DNA of 64,000 bases, taken from Eledone cirrhosa (lineage: Eukaryota). The stretch is from positions 7,750,001 to 7,814,000 of the forward strand of contig OZ024763.1 of NCBI GenBank assembly GCA_964016885.1. The letters run 5' to 3'. Position 1 is the first letter of the stretch. The number at the start of each line of letters is the position of its first letter. Position numbers and translations under genes: made by a program. The notes beneath the pieces are model-generated. The model saw nothing but the letters and a program-made list of their open reading frames with translations. It had not been told where the DNA came from and ran no database searches. This document shows, piece after piece, positions 42,286-55,753 of the stretch.

Positions 42286-42324
42286 TGAACAAGTACTTTC
42301 ATGCTTTCGCAATCTTCAGGTTCA
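42286..42324 (-). ncRNA. Minimal type I hammerhead-like motif
   Basis: Minus strand TGAAC-CTGAAGA-tTGC-gaaa-GCAt-GAAA-GTAC-TT-GTTCA; GAAA tetraloop on stem II, palindromic stem III. Confidence 0.78.
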
Positions 42325-42476
42325 TAATATGTGGTGACAGTTGAGTTTGCAATTTTCAACTGTAATGAGATGGGTAAATTTCCTACCTTTTATACATTTT
42401 ATACAGAGAAAAGTGGCTCCAGAATGCTAAGCCCTGTAAACTGTATTTCGACCAATCAGTGTGTAGTTTCACTGAA

Positions 42477-42514
<38 letters not shown>

Positions 42515-42524
42515 CATCCATATA

Positions 42525-42635
42525 CAAGGTGTCCCTAAAAATGTATACACACTTCAACAGCAAAAAAATGCATTAAAATAGATTCTGTTTTATATGCATT
42601 ATTTGAATTATGTAAACATTTTTGGGGACACTCTG
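42525..42635. mobile_element. Tc1/mariner-like MITE
   Basis: Imperfect TIRs caaggtgtccctaaaaatgtataca / tgtaaacatttttggggacactctg flanked by TA. Confidence 0.6.
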
Positions 42636-42670
<35 letters not shown>

Positions 42671-42879
42671 ATATGTCACACAGCACTATATATTCAATAT
42701 ATATATATATAACTGGCCTATATATATTCACCACATATAAATCTATATCATACACACACATCTATATACATCACACACAACCACAACCACACCCACACAT
42801 GCATACACACACACTCACCCATCAATATTCATTACCCCTACCTACCCCCCCCCCCCCACCACCACCACTCTCCTAAACC

Positions 42880-43350
42880 TGTATAAACACCACTCCCCTC
42901 TCCTTCTCCTCCACCTCACTCCACCCTCCTCTCCCCATCACCCCCATATAAACACCACTCACCTTCCCCCACCTCACTCCACCCTCCTCTCCCCATCACC
43001 CCCATATAAACACCACTCACCTTCCCCCACCTCACTCCACCCTCCTCTCCCCATCACCCCCATATAAACACCACTCACCTTCCCCCACCTCACTCCACCC
43101 TCCTCTCCCCATCACCCCCATATAAACACCACTCACCTTCCCCCACCTCACTCTACCCTCCTCTCCCCATCACCCCCATATAAACACCACTCACCTTCCC
43201 CCACCTCACTCCACCCTCCTCTCCCCATCACCCCCATATAAACACCACTCACCTTCCCCCACCTCACTCCACCCTCCTCTCCCCATCACCCCCATATAAA
43301 CACCACTCACCTTCCCCCACCTCACTCCACCCTCCCCATCACCCCTATAT
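42880..43350. repeat. 58-bp C-rich minisatellite, ~8 copies
   Basis: Unit aacaccactcaccttcccccacctcactccaccctcctctccccatcacccccatata. Confidence 0.92.
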
Positions 43351-43574
43351 GACCACCACCACTACCTCACAACGCCCCACCCCCTCAGTTCAATCTCCTC
43401 CACTAACTCACTCTCAAGTCTCACATCAACTTAATGAGAAACACCAAACATTGGAGCTGAACAATTCCCCAAAGTGTTGACAGTAAACATAAGTAAATGA
43501 CTGACACCATTTATTTCTCTCCACTACTCCCTCACTTCTGGCTGCTGCCATCTTGGTGTTGTGCGCTCAGCAAT

Positions 43575-43752
43575 AATAATAATTTTGGCACAAGGCCAGC
43601 AATTACCCCCAGTAAATTACTGGTACTTTATTTTATCGACGCCGTAAGGATGAAAGGCAAAGTTAACCTCGACGGGATTTGAACTCAGACCGTAATGGGA
43701 CGTAACTCTATGCTAGAAAGCATGGTGTCCAACCCTCTACCGATACTGCTAA
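43575..43752 (-). mobile_element. SINE family 1 copy
   Basis: Reverse-complement match to 18178-18370. Confidence 0.82.
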
Positions 43753-43779
43753 ATAATAATAATAATAATAATAATAACA

Positions 43780-44300
43780 ATTTGCCCTATTCTGAGAAGT
43801 GGTATGAGTATAAGCCAGAGTCAGGGATAGAAAAGGATCAAGTGAAGGTGGTGTGGGATTTCAGGATACAGACGGACAAGAAATTAGAACACAACAGGCC
43901 TGACCCGGTGGTTTTTGACAAGGAAAGAAGATCATGCCTGATTATAGATGTAGCCTGTCCCTTTTGACACGAGAGTGCAAGAAAAGGAGAAGGAGAAAAT
44001 TAACCGATGCCAGGATTTAAAGTGGGAGTTAAAAAGGATTTGGGACTGTCATAGGATCAAGGTCGTCCCGATTGTCATAGGAGCACTGGGTACTATCTCA
44101 AAGAGTTTTCAAGGTTGGTTAAAGAACATTAGTCTATCCCCCTGTTTTGGAACACTTCAAAAGGCATGCTTGCTGGGAACAGCAACAACCCTCCGAAACA
44201 TCCTGAATATCTGAGGCTGTAGGTAGCGACTTGATGTTCATTTGAACAAACTTTCCAGTCAAATAACATCAATGACTGAGACTCAAACAACAACAGCAGC
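43780..44300 (+). mobile_element. R4/Dong-like non-LTR retrotransposon 3' fragment (restriction-like endonuclease)
   Basis: KWYEYKPE..VVWDFRIQTDKKLEHNRPD..LIIDVACPF/(+1 frameshift)/DTRVQEKEKEK..VVPIVIGALG..LQKACLLGTA; begins directly after (TAA)n. Confidence 0.85.
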
Positions 44301-44387
44301 TGCCAGGGTTAATACAAATTATTTTTAAGTATAGTCAACACTCGAGATTAAATTTTAGCTTGTGTAATTTTCCATAATTATTCTTTT

Positions 44388-44770
44388 AACCATCTTGCCA
44401 ACAACAACCCTGAGCACCTTTTTGATTTCCATGTGTCCAACACATGTGGGCATGCCTAAAAAGTCAGGAAACAGCACAGCTCCCATGACCTTTGGAAACA
44501 TTTTTTCACTCTCAAGGTTGCTGAAGCATGGAACAAACTACCTGCATCAGTTGTTAGCTGTTGGGACACTGCATCCTTTAAAACCTCCATGCTTCCCGAG
44601 ATTCACCAACATTACACCTGATATCCCCCTCCATACACATGCACACATGTATATCATGACTCATACACTGTTCACTTTCCTGACATTTGTACATTATTCT
44701 ATGTTATATACATGCACCTTTGATGAGTTGTAGTGCACCTGAGCATTACACAATAATTTCATCATCATTA
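44388..44770 (+). mobile_element. CR1/L2-type LINE 3' end
   Basis: SNTCGHA*K..KHFFTLKVAEAWNKLPASVV..TASFK. Confidence 0.65.
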
Positions 44771-46399
44771 TTATTCTTTTATGGCCTTCGTCTTGCCCTC
44801 TATCTGTCAATAATACTCAATCCGGCCCATGGAGGAAAAGAAGTTGCCGACCCCTCATATATATCATGCCACCAATATAACAAACATCTGCAGATTTTCT
44901 TCATATATTCCTTGTATCAAATTACCATATTCTGTGTTTAATTAATTCCCATCAGTAATTTACTTGACTAAATAAATTACTGTACAATTCTTGGTTCGTT
45001 TTTTTAAGACCCGCCCTTAGTTTTAAGAAAACATATAAATAGAGTCATCATCATCATCATCATCATCACCGTTTAACTTAAGAAAAAAAAATATGGAGAA
45101 AAAATATAATTATAGTTGACATCATCACCATCATCATCATCATCCTCATCATCATTTAACATCCATTTTTAACATGCTAGCATGGGTTAGACTGGACTAA
45201 ATAAATTACTGTACATTGTGGGGTGGTTTTTAAGACTCACCCTTATTTTTAAGAAAAAAAAACCGAAAAAAAATGGAGAAAAAAATTATTATTAGTGTTA
45301 TCATCATCATCATCATCACCACCACCATCACCACCACCATCACCACCACCATCACCACCACCACCACCATCATCACCACCACCACCACCATCACCACCAC
45401 CACCATCACCACCATCACCACCACCACCATCACCACCACCACTACCATCACCACCACCATCACCACCACCATCATCACCACCACCACCACCACCACCACC
45501 ACCATCACCACCACCACCACCATCACCACCACCACCATCACCACCACCACTACCATCACCATCACCACCACCACCACCACCACCACCACCACCACCATCA
45601 CCACCACCACCATCACCACCACCACCACCATCATCACCACCACCACCACCACCACCACCACCACCATCACCACCACCACCACCACCACCACCACCACCAC
45701 CACCACCACCACTACCACCATCACCACCACCACCATCACCACCACCATCACCACCACCATCACCATCACCACCACCATCACCACCACCATCACCACCACC
45801 ACCATCACCACCACCACCACCACCACCACCACCACCACCACCATCATCATTATCATCATTGTAATTTAATATCCATATTTCCACGCTAGCATGGGTTAGA
45901 CTAGACTAAATAAACCACTGTACATTGTGGGGGGGGGGGGGTTATAAGACCCACCCTTATTTTTAAGAAAAATAATTTATGGAGAAAACATATATTAATT
46001 ATCGTCGTTGTTGTTGTTGTTACTGTTGTTGTTGTTGTTGTTACTGTTGTTGTTGTTGTTGTTACTGTTGTTACTGTTGTTGTTGTTACTGCTGTTGTTG
46101 TTACTGTTGTTGTTGTTGTTGTTACTGTTGTTATTGTTGTTACTGTTGTTGTTGTTGCTGCTGATGATGATGATGTAAATGTGTCATTTCCAAAAGATCA
46201 CGATAAAACTGACATTCTTTCCCCCCTCCCTCCCCACCAGCCCACCCCCCTCATCATATTCAAGGAAGACACTTCAGAAGAGAGAGGGTGGGGGGTTTCC
46301 AAGACAACGGAAGAGTCCAATACTGAAGTAGAGGTGAATGGGTGGGAAATTGGTTTGAAAGTTTAAAAGTAAGAGAACAAATACACACCACACAGAGGC

Positions 46400-46454
<55 letters not shown>

Positions 46455-46493
46455 CGTCTATATTAATATATATATAGACACACAACACACACG

Positions 46494-46579
<86 letters not shown>

Positions 46580-46632
46580 CGTCTATATTAATATATATAT
46601 ATAGACACACAACACACACGTCTCTCTCTCTC

Positions 46633-46712
<80 letters not shown>

Positions 46713-46751
46713 CGTCTATATTAATATATATATAGACACACAACACACACG

Positions 46752-46827
<76 letters not shown>

Positions 46828-46878
46828 CGTCTATATTAATATATATATAGACACACAACACACACGTCTCTCTCTCTG

Positions 46879-46929
<51 letters not shown>

Positions 46930-46971
46930 TCACGTCTATATTAATATATATATAGACACACAACACACACG

Positions 46972-47018
<47 letters not shown>
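46400..47018. repeat. Tandem unit (GA)n-gtcacgtctatattaatatatatagacacacaacacacacgt-(CT)n-(TA)n, 5 copies
   Basis: Direct reading. Confidence 0.9.
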
Positions 47019-47186
47019 CGACACTTCATCGACAAGATCCCAGACCTCATTTTCTTAACGAGTTAGGTGGAGCTTGTCAAATTGGACCGAAGAAACAATG
47101 CTTCCATTAGTCCTTCCAATTACTAAGGTGCGACATGAAATAAAGTGTCTTGCTCAAGGACATAACACAACACCCGGGCCAGGAAT

Positions 47187-47248
<62 letters not shown>

Positions 47249-47354
47249 GGAGGTGAGTTTTATTGTAGTACAATAAAGCAATGCAGATATCAGATGTTGA
47301 TTTAAAACTGCACTATCCACAAGTGTTTTTTAACCTTCATATCATGTCTTCCTG

Positions 47355-47421
47355 TTTTATCTGATGAAAACACAAATATTATTGCATGATGATATTCGTT
47401 TTTGAAATGCACATAATAAAA
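47355..47421 (+). ncRNA. Type I hammerhead-like motif (family B-related)
   Basis: TTTTAT-CTGATGA-(36-nt hairpin)-GAAA-TGCACA-TA-ATAAAA. Confidence 0.72.
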
Positions 47422-47451
47422 TACATGGAACTCTTTTAACCATCTTTTGTT

Positions 47452-47497
<46 letters not shown>

Positions 47498-47847
47498 ATT
47501 TAGTAAAGTCAAATCTCTGGCGTTTGCAAGCAAATTCGGCCTACTTATATGAAATGATGAGTTAGCAAAGCACTCAATAAGGGTAGGTCCTTAGAGTAAT
47601 AACATACGTTTAAATAGCTTGACAAATCGAACATTGTGGTAGGCAAAATCTAACACACAATAATATACCAAAGTAACGATAGAACTAATCAGGTTGAAAA
47701 AATACACCTGGACAAATCAAACGTTTATACGTTTAAAGTGTTTCTTTGAATCCGAAATCAAATATCAGACTTACGTGACTGGCAAGCTCGTGGTATTGAT
47801 GATCAAACAGAGGATTCAGTTCTTCAACAGGTTTTCGTTCTACCGAG

Positions 47848-47892
<45 letters not shown>

Positions 47893-47984
47893 TATATTAT
47901 AATAACAGATTAAAGTTTAAGCAAAGAATTGCTGCTTTCATCCTTATCGAGCCCTCTTCGGATTTTAGTCTTCACATTTATTAT

Positions 47985-48022
<38 letters not shown>

Positions 48023-48209
48023 CTCCCATTTATACACCCCCACCAATGCCTCAGTCCTTGGCATTGTTTCGACAGGCAGTGACCTGTCATAGAAACTCTG
48101 CCAAATGTAGAACAATATATGTGAGGTGAAATAAACTCATTCTGACACATTAGGTTTCAAACTTTGACAACCAGTCCAACCCACACACGCATAGAAAACA
48201 GACTTAAGA

Positions 48210-48242
<33 letters not shown>

Positions 48243-48515
48243 CTGTACAATATATTCATGATGATGATGATGATGATATACAGTATATTGATGGTGATGG
48301 TGGTGGAGGTGATGATGATGATGGTGGTGGTGGTGGTGATGATGATGATGGTGATGATGATAAGGATGATGATGATCCATTCCTTAATTAACTACGCTCA
48401 TCATCTAAAAAACTTGTAGAAATTAAGGGCCAAATCACTGACATGAGGGAGGTTTTCTTCAGTGAAAACCTTCAGCGAGTTTCTCTACTACCATATTTCT
48501 TATTTTCTATTACAG

Positions 48516-48652
48516 ACTAGAGACATCAACCAAGGGAGGCAAGCGGCCCTTTATATGGCTAGAAATGAGGACTGTGATTATCTCCCTTTGTATTCTAGCA
48601 GCAGGTCTCGGCATCAGTCTTGTGGTTATTCTAAGTGTGAGGAACCAAAAAG
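48516..48652 (+). CDS. Neprilysin-like M13 peptidase, exon with cytoplasmic tail end and signal-anchor TM helix
   Basis: ttttctattacag acceptor, AG|gtaagc donor; encodes LETSTKGGKRPFIWLEMRTVIISLCILAAGLGISLVVILSVRNQK; phase 1 joins the next exon. Confidence 0.85.
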
Positions 48653-48689
48653 GTAAGCCAACATCAGACAGCCATATTATTTTTGACAA

Positions 48690-48865
48690 TATAGGGAGAG
48701 CGCCGGATGCCATGCTTTGCAGCAAAGAGTTATGGCCCTTTCCATTCTGAGTTCAAATCCTGCCGAGATTAACTTTACCTTTCATCCTTACGAGGTCGAT
48801 AAAATAAAGTACCAGTAATGCACTGGGGTAATTGCTGGCCCTGTGCCAAAAGTAGAAACAATTAT
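48690..48865 (+). mobile_element. SINE family 1 copy
   Basis: Direct match to 18178-18370. Confidence 0.82.
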
Positions 48866-49291
48866 TTTTATATTTCTGCCTCTAGTGGTCCATGACCCAA
48901 TTTTCTCAACTATTATATATTATTGATTTTGAGAACAATACCTTAACATCAGTATGAGAGATCAGTTACAGCCAGTTTGAGCAAAAAGAGGTGAGAGAAT
49001 GCTGGCTGGATACAGTTGGTTTAAATGCTAAAGTGTTAAACCATATCTGCTCTCCAATTTGATGTTATTCCAATACTTTTTCTTATTCCTTACTCTTTTC
49101 TTCTTTTACTCTACTCCAACAAAGGTTCATACCCAAAACATCAAATCCTTTCTTCTCCTTCTATCCAGTATAAATATTTCCACTGTACAAGAATTATTTA
49201 TGATTTTGTGTGTATCTTTTGTCAACCACGTGTTAGGTTTACTCTTCTGTTTTAATTATTTTCTCCCTTGTCCTGTTGTCATCTTTTGTAG

Positions 49292-49348
49292 ATTCCCAAC
49301 AATCAACTCTGGAAAATTTGTGTTTGACAAAAGATTGTGTCAAAGCAG
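49292..49348 (+). CDS. Neprilysin-like M13 peptidase exon (DSQQSTLENLCLTKDCVKA)
   Basis: cttttgtag acceptor, CAG|gtaaga donor; contains the C-x4-C-V-K-A motif that opens the M13 ectodomain. Confidence 0.92.
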
Positions 49349-49629
49349 GTAAGATTCTTACATTAACACCTGTCTTACTATTTTTTAAGGGCTCCTAGTC
49401 CACACTATAAAATGGTAATACTGGTGACTACAATAAAATACACCCAGTACACTCTGTAAAGTGGTAGTGTTGGTGTCATGATAAAATACACCCAGTACAC
49501 TCTGTAAAGTGGTAGTGTTGGTGGCATGATAAGATACACCCAGTACACTCTGTAAAGTGGTAGTGCTGGTGCCATGATAAAATGTACCCAGTTTAAATGT
49601 TTCAGTTTAAATCCTCAAGAAAGTTCTGT

Positions 49630-49680
49630 ACATCTCTGATGATTTCAACCAAATGAAACAGAGCTAAGCCTGTAGAAGTC
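49630..49680 (+). ncRNA. Degenerate family A hammerhead-like motif
   Basis: CTGATGA-tttcaaccaaat-GAAA-CAG-agctaagc-CTG-TA-gaag; stem I is poor. Confidence 0.4.
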
Positions 49681-49709
49681 AATTCTATCTAAGATATAAA
49701 ATAAATCAT

Positions 49710-50030
49710 TGTTGGATTGGCAGCATCGGTAGAATAGAGCATCAGACAACATGCTTTCCAGCATAGAGTTATAGCCCTTTACTGTCTGGGTTCAAATCCT
49801 ACCGAGGTTAACATTGCCTTTCATCCTTACAGCTTCGATAAAATAAAGTACCAGTAATGCACTGGGGTTGATTTAATCAACTTTCCCTTCCCCCAAATTG
49901 CTGGCCTTATGCCTAAAGTAGAAATCATTATTTGATAAAATAAAGTACCAGTAATGGACTGGGGTTGATTTAATCAACTTTCCCTTCCCCCAAATTGCTG
50001 GCCTCATGTCTAAAGTAGAAACCATTATTT
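49710..50030 (+). mobile_element. SINE family 1 copy with duplicated 3' half
   Basis: Core match; the gataaaataaagtaccag...aaagtagaaa segment occurs twice. Confidence 0.8.
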
Positions 50031-50584
50031 ATTATCACTGGAGAAATTTAGCAAACACTGGCAAACAAACCATTTCAATACCAATTCTGACTCCATCATA
50101 GAACGGTTGATTTCTAAAACAGAGAACTACCAACTTAACAGCCATTATTTCCGATATCTCAGATCAAATAGACAAAGAAATAAATAGTTTTAATCAAAAT
50201 TTCTTGATCTTCTGCAGATAAAATATCTGAATTCTATTTATATGAGGGCTTTTTCAATAAAGCAGGCAACATTATATATTTATTTATCAAGAAATCATCT
50301 ATGGAATATTCTAGAGAGATCAATATTACTTTTATTTTTCCAGGAAGAAAAATCATTGAAAATATCCATATTTCAAAGAACATCGCAATATTAAATTCTT
50401 TCTCCTACAACACCACCACCATCATCAGAACATTACCACTACCACTACCACTACCATCATCATCAGAATAATCAACACCACCACCACCACTACCACCACC
50501 ACCACCACCACCACCACCACCACCACCACTACTACTATTACCACCACCACCACTACTACTATTACCACCACCACCACCACCACC

Positions 50585-50615
<31 letters not shown>

Positions 50616-50684
50616 TGTTTTCTATGATTTCAATAGTTTCAACAGTTCTGAGAATTATTGATATTTTTACAGCTAGATAGTTCC

Positions 50685-50719
<35 letters not shown>

Positions 50720-51335
50720 AGCTACTAATACTACTACTACTACCACTGTTACTACTACTGCTACTACCACTGCTATTACTACTACTATGACTACTACTAC
50801 TCTACTACTGCTACTGTTACTACTACTGCTACTGTTACTACTACTGCTACTACTGCTACTACTACTACTACTGCTACTACCACTGCTACTACTATTGCTG
50901 CTGCTACTACTGCTACTACTACTACTGCTAATACTACTACTACTACTGTTACTGCTACTACCACTGCTATTACTACTACTACTACTACTACTGCTGCTGC
51001 TGCTGTAACTACTACACATACATATATACACACATATATATATATATATATATACATACACATATATATACACACACATATATATATATTTGTTTTGCAA
51101 GGTTTTTGATATGAAATGCTGTGTTGAAACAAATATTGTTATATTTGGGGAGGGTCATATTGTTATAATAATATTGCCAGAAATAATAACAGAACTCAGT
51201 TTGAACAGAAAAAGTGTTTTACAATAACCACAGCTTGGCCTGAGCTTGTGTCGTGACTGCCAACAATTTGTTTCAACGCACGATTTCTTATAAAAAACCT
51301 TGCAAAACTGTTCAAACCAAACAGTGAATGTGTTT

Positions 51336-51678
51336 TCATCATCATCATCATCATCATCATCATTTTACGTCCGCTTTTCCCTGCTTGCAAGGGTGGGACG
51401 GGTCTTATTCAGCACAGCATCTCTCCACTCGTCACGGTCCTTCGTCATCTCCACCGTGAGCTTCAATGATCTGAGGTCTGTTCTCACCACCTCCGCCCAT
51501 GTTTTTCGTGGTCTACCTCTACCACGTCTTCCTTCAACTGGCATTTCCTGGCACTTCTTCACCCATCGGTCATCCTCCATGCGCATCACATGTCCATACC
51601 ACCTCAGTCTCCTCTCCCGTACACTACATTCTATCCCTCTCAGACACAGTTTCTCTCTCAACACATTTATGCTGGTCA
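51336..51678 (-). mobile_element. RTE-clade LINE 3' fragment with open frame
   Basis: RERRLRWYGHVMRMEDDRWVKK..VEGRRGRGRPRKTW..DRDEWR followed by a (GAT)n tail. Confidence 0.9.
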
Positions 51679-51692
51679 TTTTATTATTATAT

Positions 51693-51826
51693 AAGTCCCT
51701 TGCCATTCTGAGTTCAAATCCCGCCGAGGTTAACTTTGCCTTTCATCCTTACGGGGTCGATAAAATAAAGTACCAGTAATGTACTGGAGTAATTGCTGGC
51801 CTTGTGCCAAAAGTAGAAACAATTAT
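51693..51826 (+). mobile_element. SINE family 1 copy, 5'-truncated
   Basis: Core match. Confidence 0.8.
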
Positions 51827-51868
51827 GATATGTGGCAATATTATAACAATATGACCCTCCCCAACTAT

Positions 51869-51914
<46 letters not shown>

Positions 51915-52450
51915 ACAATGACACACGACCGTGACTTCTGGCGTCACGCAGTAATACAGAGTACCCGACCTCCCATGGGTACAAGCTGAAGCATATAGAC
52001 AATATGCCCCCACACCCCCCACCGCAAGGTGGTCGTGGAGGTGCCACGGCAAAAAAGCACCCAGCCCACACTGTAAATGAGGTTGGTGTTAGGAAGGGCA
52101 TCCAGCTGTAGAAATCAAGCCAGAATCAGTTCCTGTATGAGCAAGGCATGGTCAGCCGACCAGACACTGCCCACAACAGGACAACCCGTCTAACCCATGC
52201 TAGCGTGGAAGAACGGACGTAAAACGGTGGTGATGATGATGATGATGATGATATATATATATATATATAAAGGCTATGGGTGCACTACGGATAGATGTAT
52301 AGTTAATAATGTGCCGAACCATCTGTGACACGGAGTTAACCACTGATGAAGGGAGACTGTCCACCTCTTGTTTGTGTCCCCTTACCTTCTAACACCCATT
52401 ATCAGTAACCACACAGTCCTCCTCTCATCTTATATATATATATGCATATA

Positions 52451-52797
52451 TCATCATCATCATCATCATCTCATTTTACGTCCACCTTTCCCTGCTTGCA
52501 AGGGTGGGACGGGAACTGATTCTGGCTTGATCTCTACAGCTGGATGCCCTTCCTAACACCAACCTCATTTACAGTGAGTGCTGGGTGCTTTTTTGCCGTG
52601 GCAACTCCACGACCACTTTGCAGTGGAATGATAGGGACCCCAGTCCCTATCATCTCACTTCTACAGCTGAGTAAACTGGAGCAATGTGAAATAAAGTGTC
52701 TTGCTCAAGGAAACAACACATCACCCGGTCTGAGAATTGAACTCACAACCTTTCGATTGCAAGGCCAATGCTCTAACCACTAAGCCATGTGCCTCCA
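52451..52797 (-). mobile_element. SINE family 2, near-identical inverted copy of 34283-34625
   Basis: Almost exact reverse complement. Partial copies at ~27788, ~37470, ~39315, ~47130, ~52030, ~61777 and ~63610. Confidence 0.88.
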
Positions 52798-53122
52798 TAT
52801 GCATATATATATATGTATGTATACGTACATACATATATGTATACAGACGTACAGTAGTATGTATATATATATACATACATACACACATATATATATATGC
52901 ACGTATCGGGCTGTTTGTTTGTTTACAAACAAACAAACTGAGCATTATAATAAATGTTCGGTAAACCGATACGTGCATATATATATATGTGTGTGCATGT
53001 ATGTATATATATACATACTACTGTACGTCTGTATACATATATGTATGTACGTATACATACATACTTACATTTAAGTAAGTGCCGTACTAAGAGTTAGAAA
53101 TGAAATTTCGTTTCATTCTATT

Positions 53123-53165
<43 letters not shown>

Positions 53166-53300
53166 TATAGATATATATATATAGATATAGATATAGATAT
53201 ATTATATATATGCATATATCTATCTATAGATATAGATATATTATATATATGCATATATCTATCTATAGATATATATATATTATATATATGCATATATATA

Positions 53301-53446
<146 letters not shown>

Positions 53447-53539
53447 TATATATATGCATATATATATATATATATGCATATATATATGCATATATATAAT
53501 ATATATATATCTATAGATATATATAGATATATATATATA

Positions 53540-54428
53540 TGTAGAAAGGATGAATATAAAATGAAAGTGCTTTTGTTAAAAAAGGAATTTATTAGGTATT
53601 GACATATGTTTCTGTAACAGACCGAATACCTATGTATCGCTGCTTGCGTAATCATATAATGTTAGCAACTATTCGATAGCAAATGTATAATCAGTTGTCA
53701 CTTCTTCAGAGATTTTGGATAAATTGGATAAAATCAGAAAAATTGAAGTATTTATATTAGTAAAAGAGGAAGGAACAGAGGGGATAGTATATGACAGATG
53801 GTAAATTAATTTACTGCTAAACAAGTATATAATGAGTTTCTAATGAGAATACCATGAGTAAATCTAAATAAGAATTTTGGGAGTGCCAATTTTAATCTCT
53901 ACTTGACCAACTGGACAGTGGACAGGGCTGGTCATTTGGTGCAGTTGTATTAATTATAAAGTGTCAATTGGGGAAGGGAGAGATTTCGATTGCTACTAAA
54001 TAACATCAATGCTAGTAGCCAGCTGGTATATGCATTAGGGAATTGAATCAAGAAATCAGAAATCTCATTTTATCTATAGCAGTTTGTATTAAAAGGTAAA
54101 TAATAGAAGAGTTGATAGAATTAAGACTAATAAAGAATGTTAATATCTATTTTGACAATCAAAGGGGATAGAGACAGGCGTTCAATCCTGGTAGTATTTA
54201 TAATATGAAAATGTAGATTTTAAGCGATGGTTACAGTATAACGATCGCTCTATTCTGTTATTTAATAAAATGTTTTTGGATTTCATAATACAAAATAATT
54301 CTACATTACATAATTTACAAAATTCCTGTCCATGGGATATGGGGGGGCAGCCGCTATTATATCCCATTTTAGGTGAAATTGTTGGTTAACGATATATTAT
54401 CACTACATTATTGATAACCTGAAATTTT
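53540..54428 (-). mobile_element. 5'-truncated Penelope-like retroelement (endonuclease C-terminus remnant, 3' region, hammerhead)
   Basis: Minus strand KWDIIAAAPPY/(frameshift)/HGQEFCKLCNVELFCIMKSKNILLNNRIERSLYCNHRLK resembles the W.I..A..Y...C.LC..E..I...LLN.R.E...C.H end of PLE GIY-YIG proteins (recognised from memory). Followed by a hammerhead and AATAAA; (TA)n on both sides. Confidence 0.7.
53595..53715 (-). ncRNA. Type I hammerhead-like motif with 90-nt stem II domain, at the 3' end of a Penelope-like remnant
   Basis: Minus strand CTGAAGA-A-GTGACA...TGTTAC-A-GAAA-CATATG-TC, then AATAAA; stem I weak. Confidence 0.62.
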
Positions 54429-54511
54429 ATATGTATATATATATATATATATATATTTATACATAGTGACGAAACATAAGTCAATTGCATGAACTCATAA
54501 TCCTTTATTTG

Positions 54512-54565
54512 CTGCTATATATATTTCGATGACAGCCATTGAATGGCTATGACCTCATCAGGCAG
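54512..54565 (-). ncRNA. Type I hammerhead-like motif with canonical G10.1-C11.1 pair
   Basis: Minus strand CTGC-CTGATGA-GGTCATAGCCAT-tca-ATGGCTGTCATC-GAAA-TATATA-TA-GCAG, then AATAAA. Confidence 0.8.
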
Positions 54566-54627
54566 TTAGTCAGTTCTATATATATATATATATACAAATG
54601 ATATTTTCCCTAATTTACTAATTCCAG

Positions 54628-54789
54628 CTGCAAGACTGATGGATGCCATGAATACCAATATAGATCCATGTGATAACTTTTATGACTTTGCCTGCGGAAG
54701 TTGGAAAAGACTGAACCCCATTCCTGAAGACAGTCCCAGTTATAGTACTTTTGAACAACTTAGGAACCAACTACAGTCCTTACTTAAAG
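54628..54789 (+). CDS. Neprilysin-like M13 peptidase exon (AARLMDAMNTNIDPCDNFYDFACGSWKRLNPIPED...LQSLLK)
   Basis: Hallmark M13 motif DPCDNFYDFACGxW; attccag acceptor, AAG|gtagcg donor; phase 1 at both ends. Confidence 0.97.
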
Positions 54790-54794
54790 GTAGC

Positions 54795-54970
54795 GCTCTT
54801 GGAAACTATTATAACGTCATATGTATAGAGTTATGGCCCTTTATGGTCTGAGTTCAAATCCCGCCAAGATTAACTTTGCCTTTCATTTCTCTTACGGGGT
54901 CGATAAAATAAAGTACCAGTAATGTACTGCGGTAATTGCTGGCCTTGTGCCTAAAGTAGCAACATTATTA
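54795..54970 (+). mobile_element. SINE family 1 copy just downstream of a splice donor
   Basis: Core match. Confidence 0.8.
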
Positions 54971-55160
54971 TTATTATTATTGTTGAAATTTGTTTACATG
55001 CAAAACGCACACACAAACACACATATACACACATACATACACACAAAGACACATATACATACACACACACACAAACACACATATACACACACATACACAC
55101 ACACATACACACATATACACACACATACACACACACACATACACACATACACACACACAT

Positions 55161-55195
<35 letters not shown>

Positions 55196-55412
55196 CACAC
55201 ATACACACATACATACACATAAACACATACACACACACACACATACATACACACATACACACACACATACACACAAACACACACACATACACACATACAT
55301 ACACACATACACACACATACATACACACATATACACACATACATACACACATACACACACATACATACACACAAACACATATACACACATATACACATAC
55401 ACACACATACAG

Positions 55413-55453
<41 letters not shown>

Positions 55454-55753
55454 TACACACATACACACACACTATGTTTTTGTCCTGTACTGTCATAATG
55501 TTTTTCTTGAAGAAGACCCTTTGTGGTTGATAAAGAAATGATTATTATTATTATTTTCTTAGCGTCTCCGTCATTGATGTTATATAAAGTTAGTTCAAAT
55601 GAACATCAAGCTGTTACCTGCAGCCTCAGATATTCAGGACGTTTCGGAGTGTTGTTGCTGTTACCAGCAAACATGCCTTTTGAAGTGTTCCAAAAAAGGG
55701 GGCTGGACTAATGTTCTTTAATTATATTATTTCCTATTTAATTCTAATTTCAG

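Noticed and set aside
45249-45884. Extensin-like (SPPPP) or glycine-rich protein
   Set aside because: It is a pure (CAC/CAT)n repeat, open in several frames on both strands.
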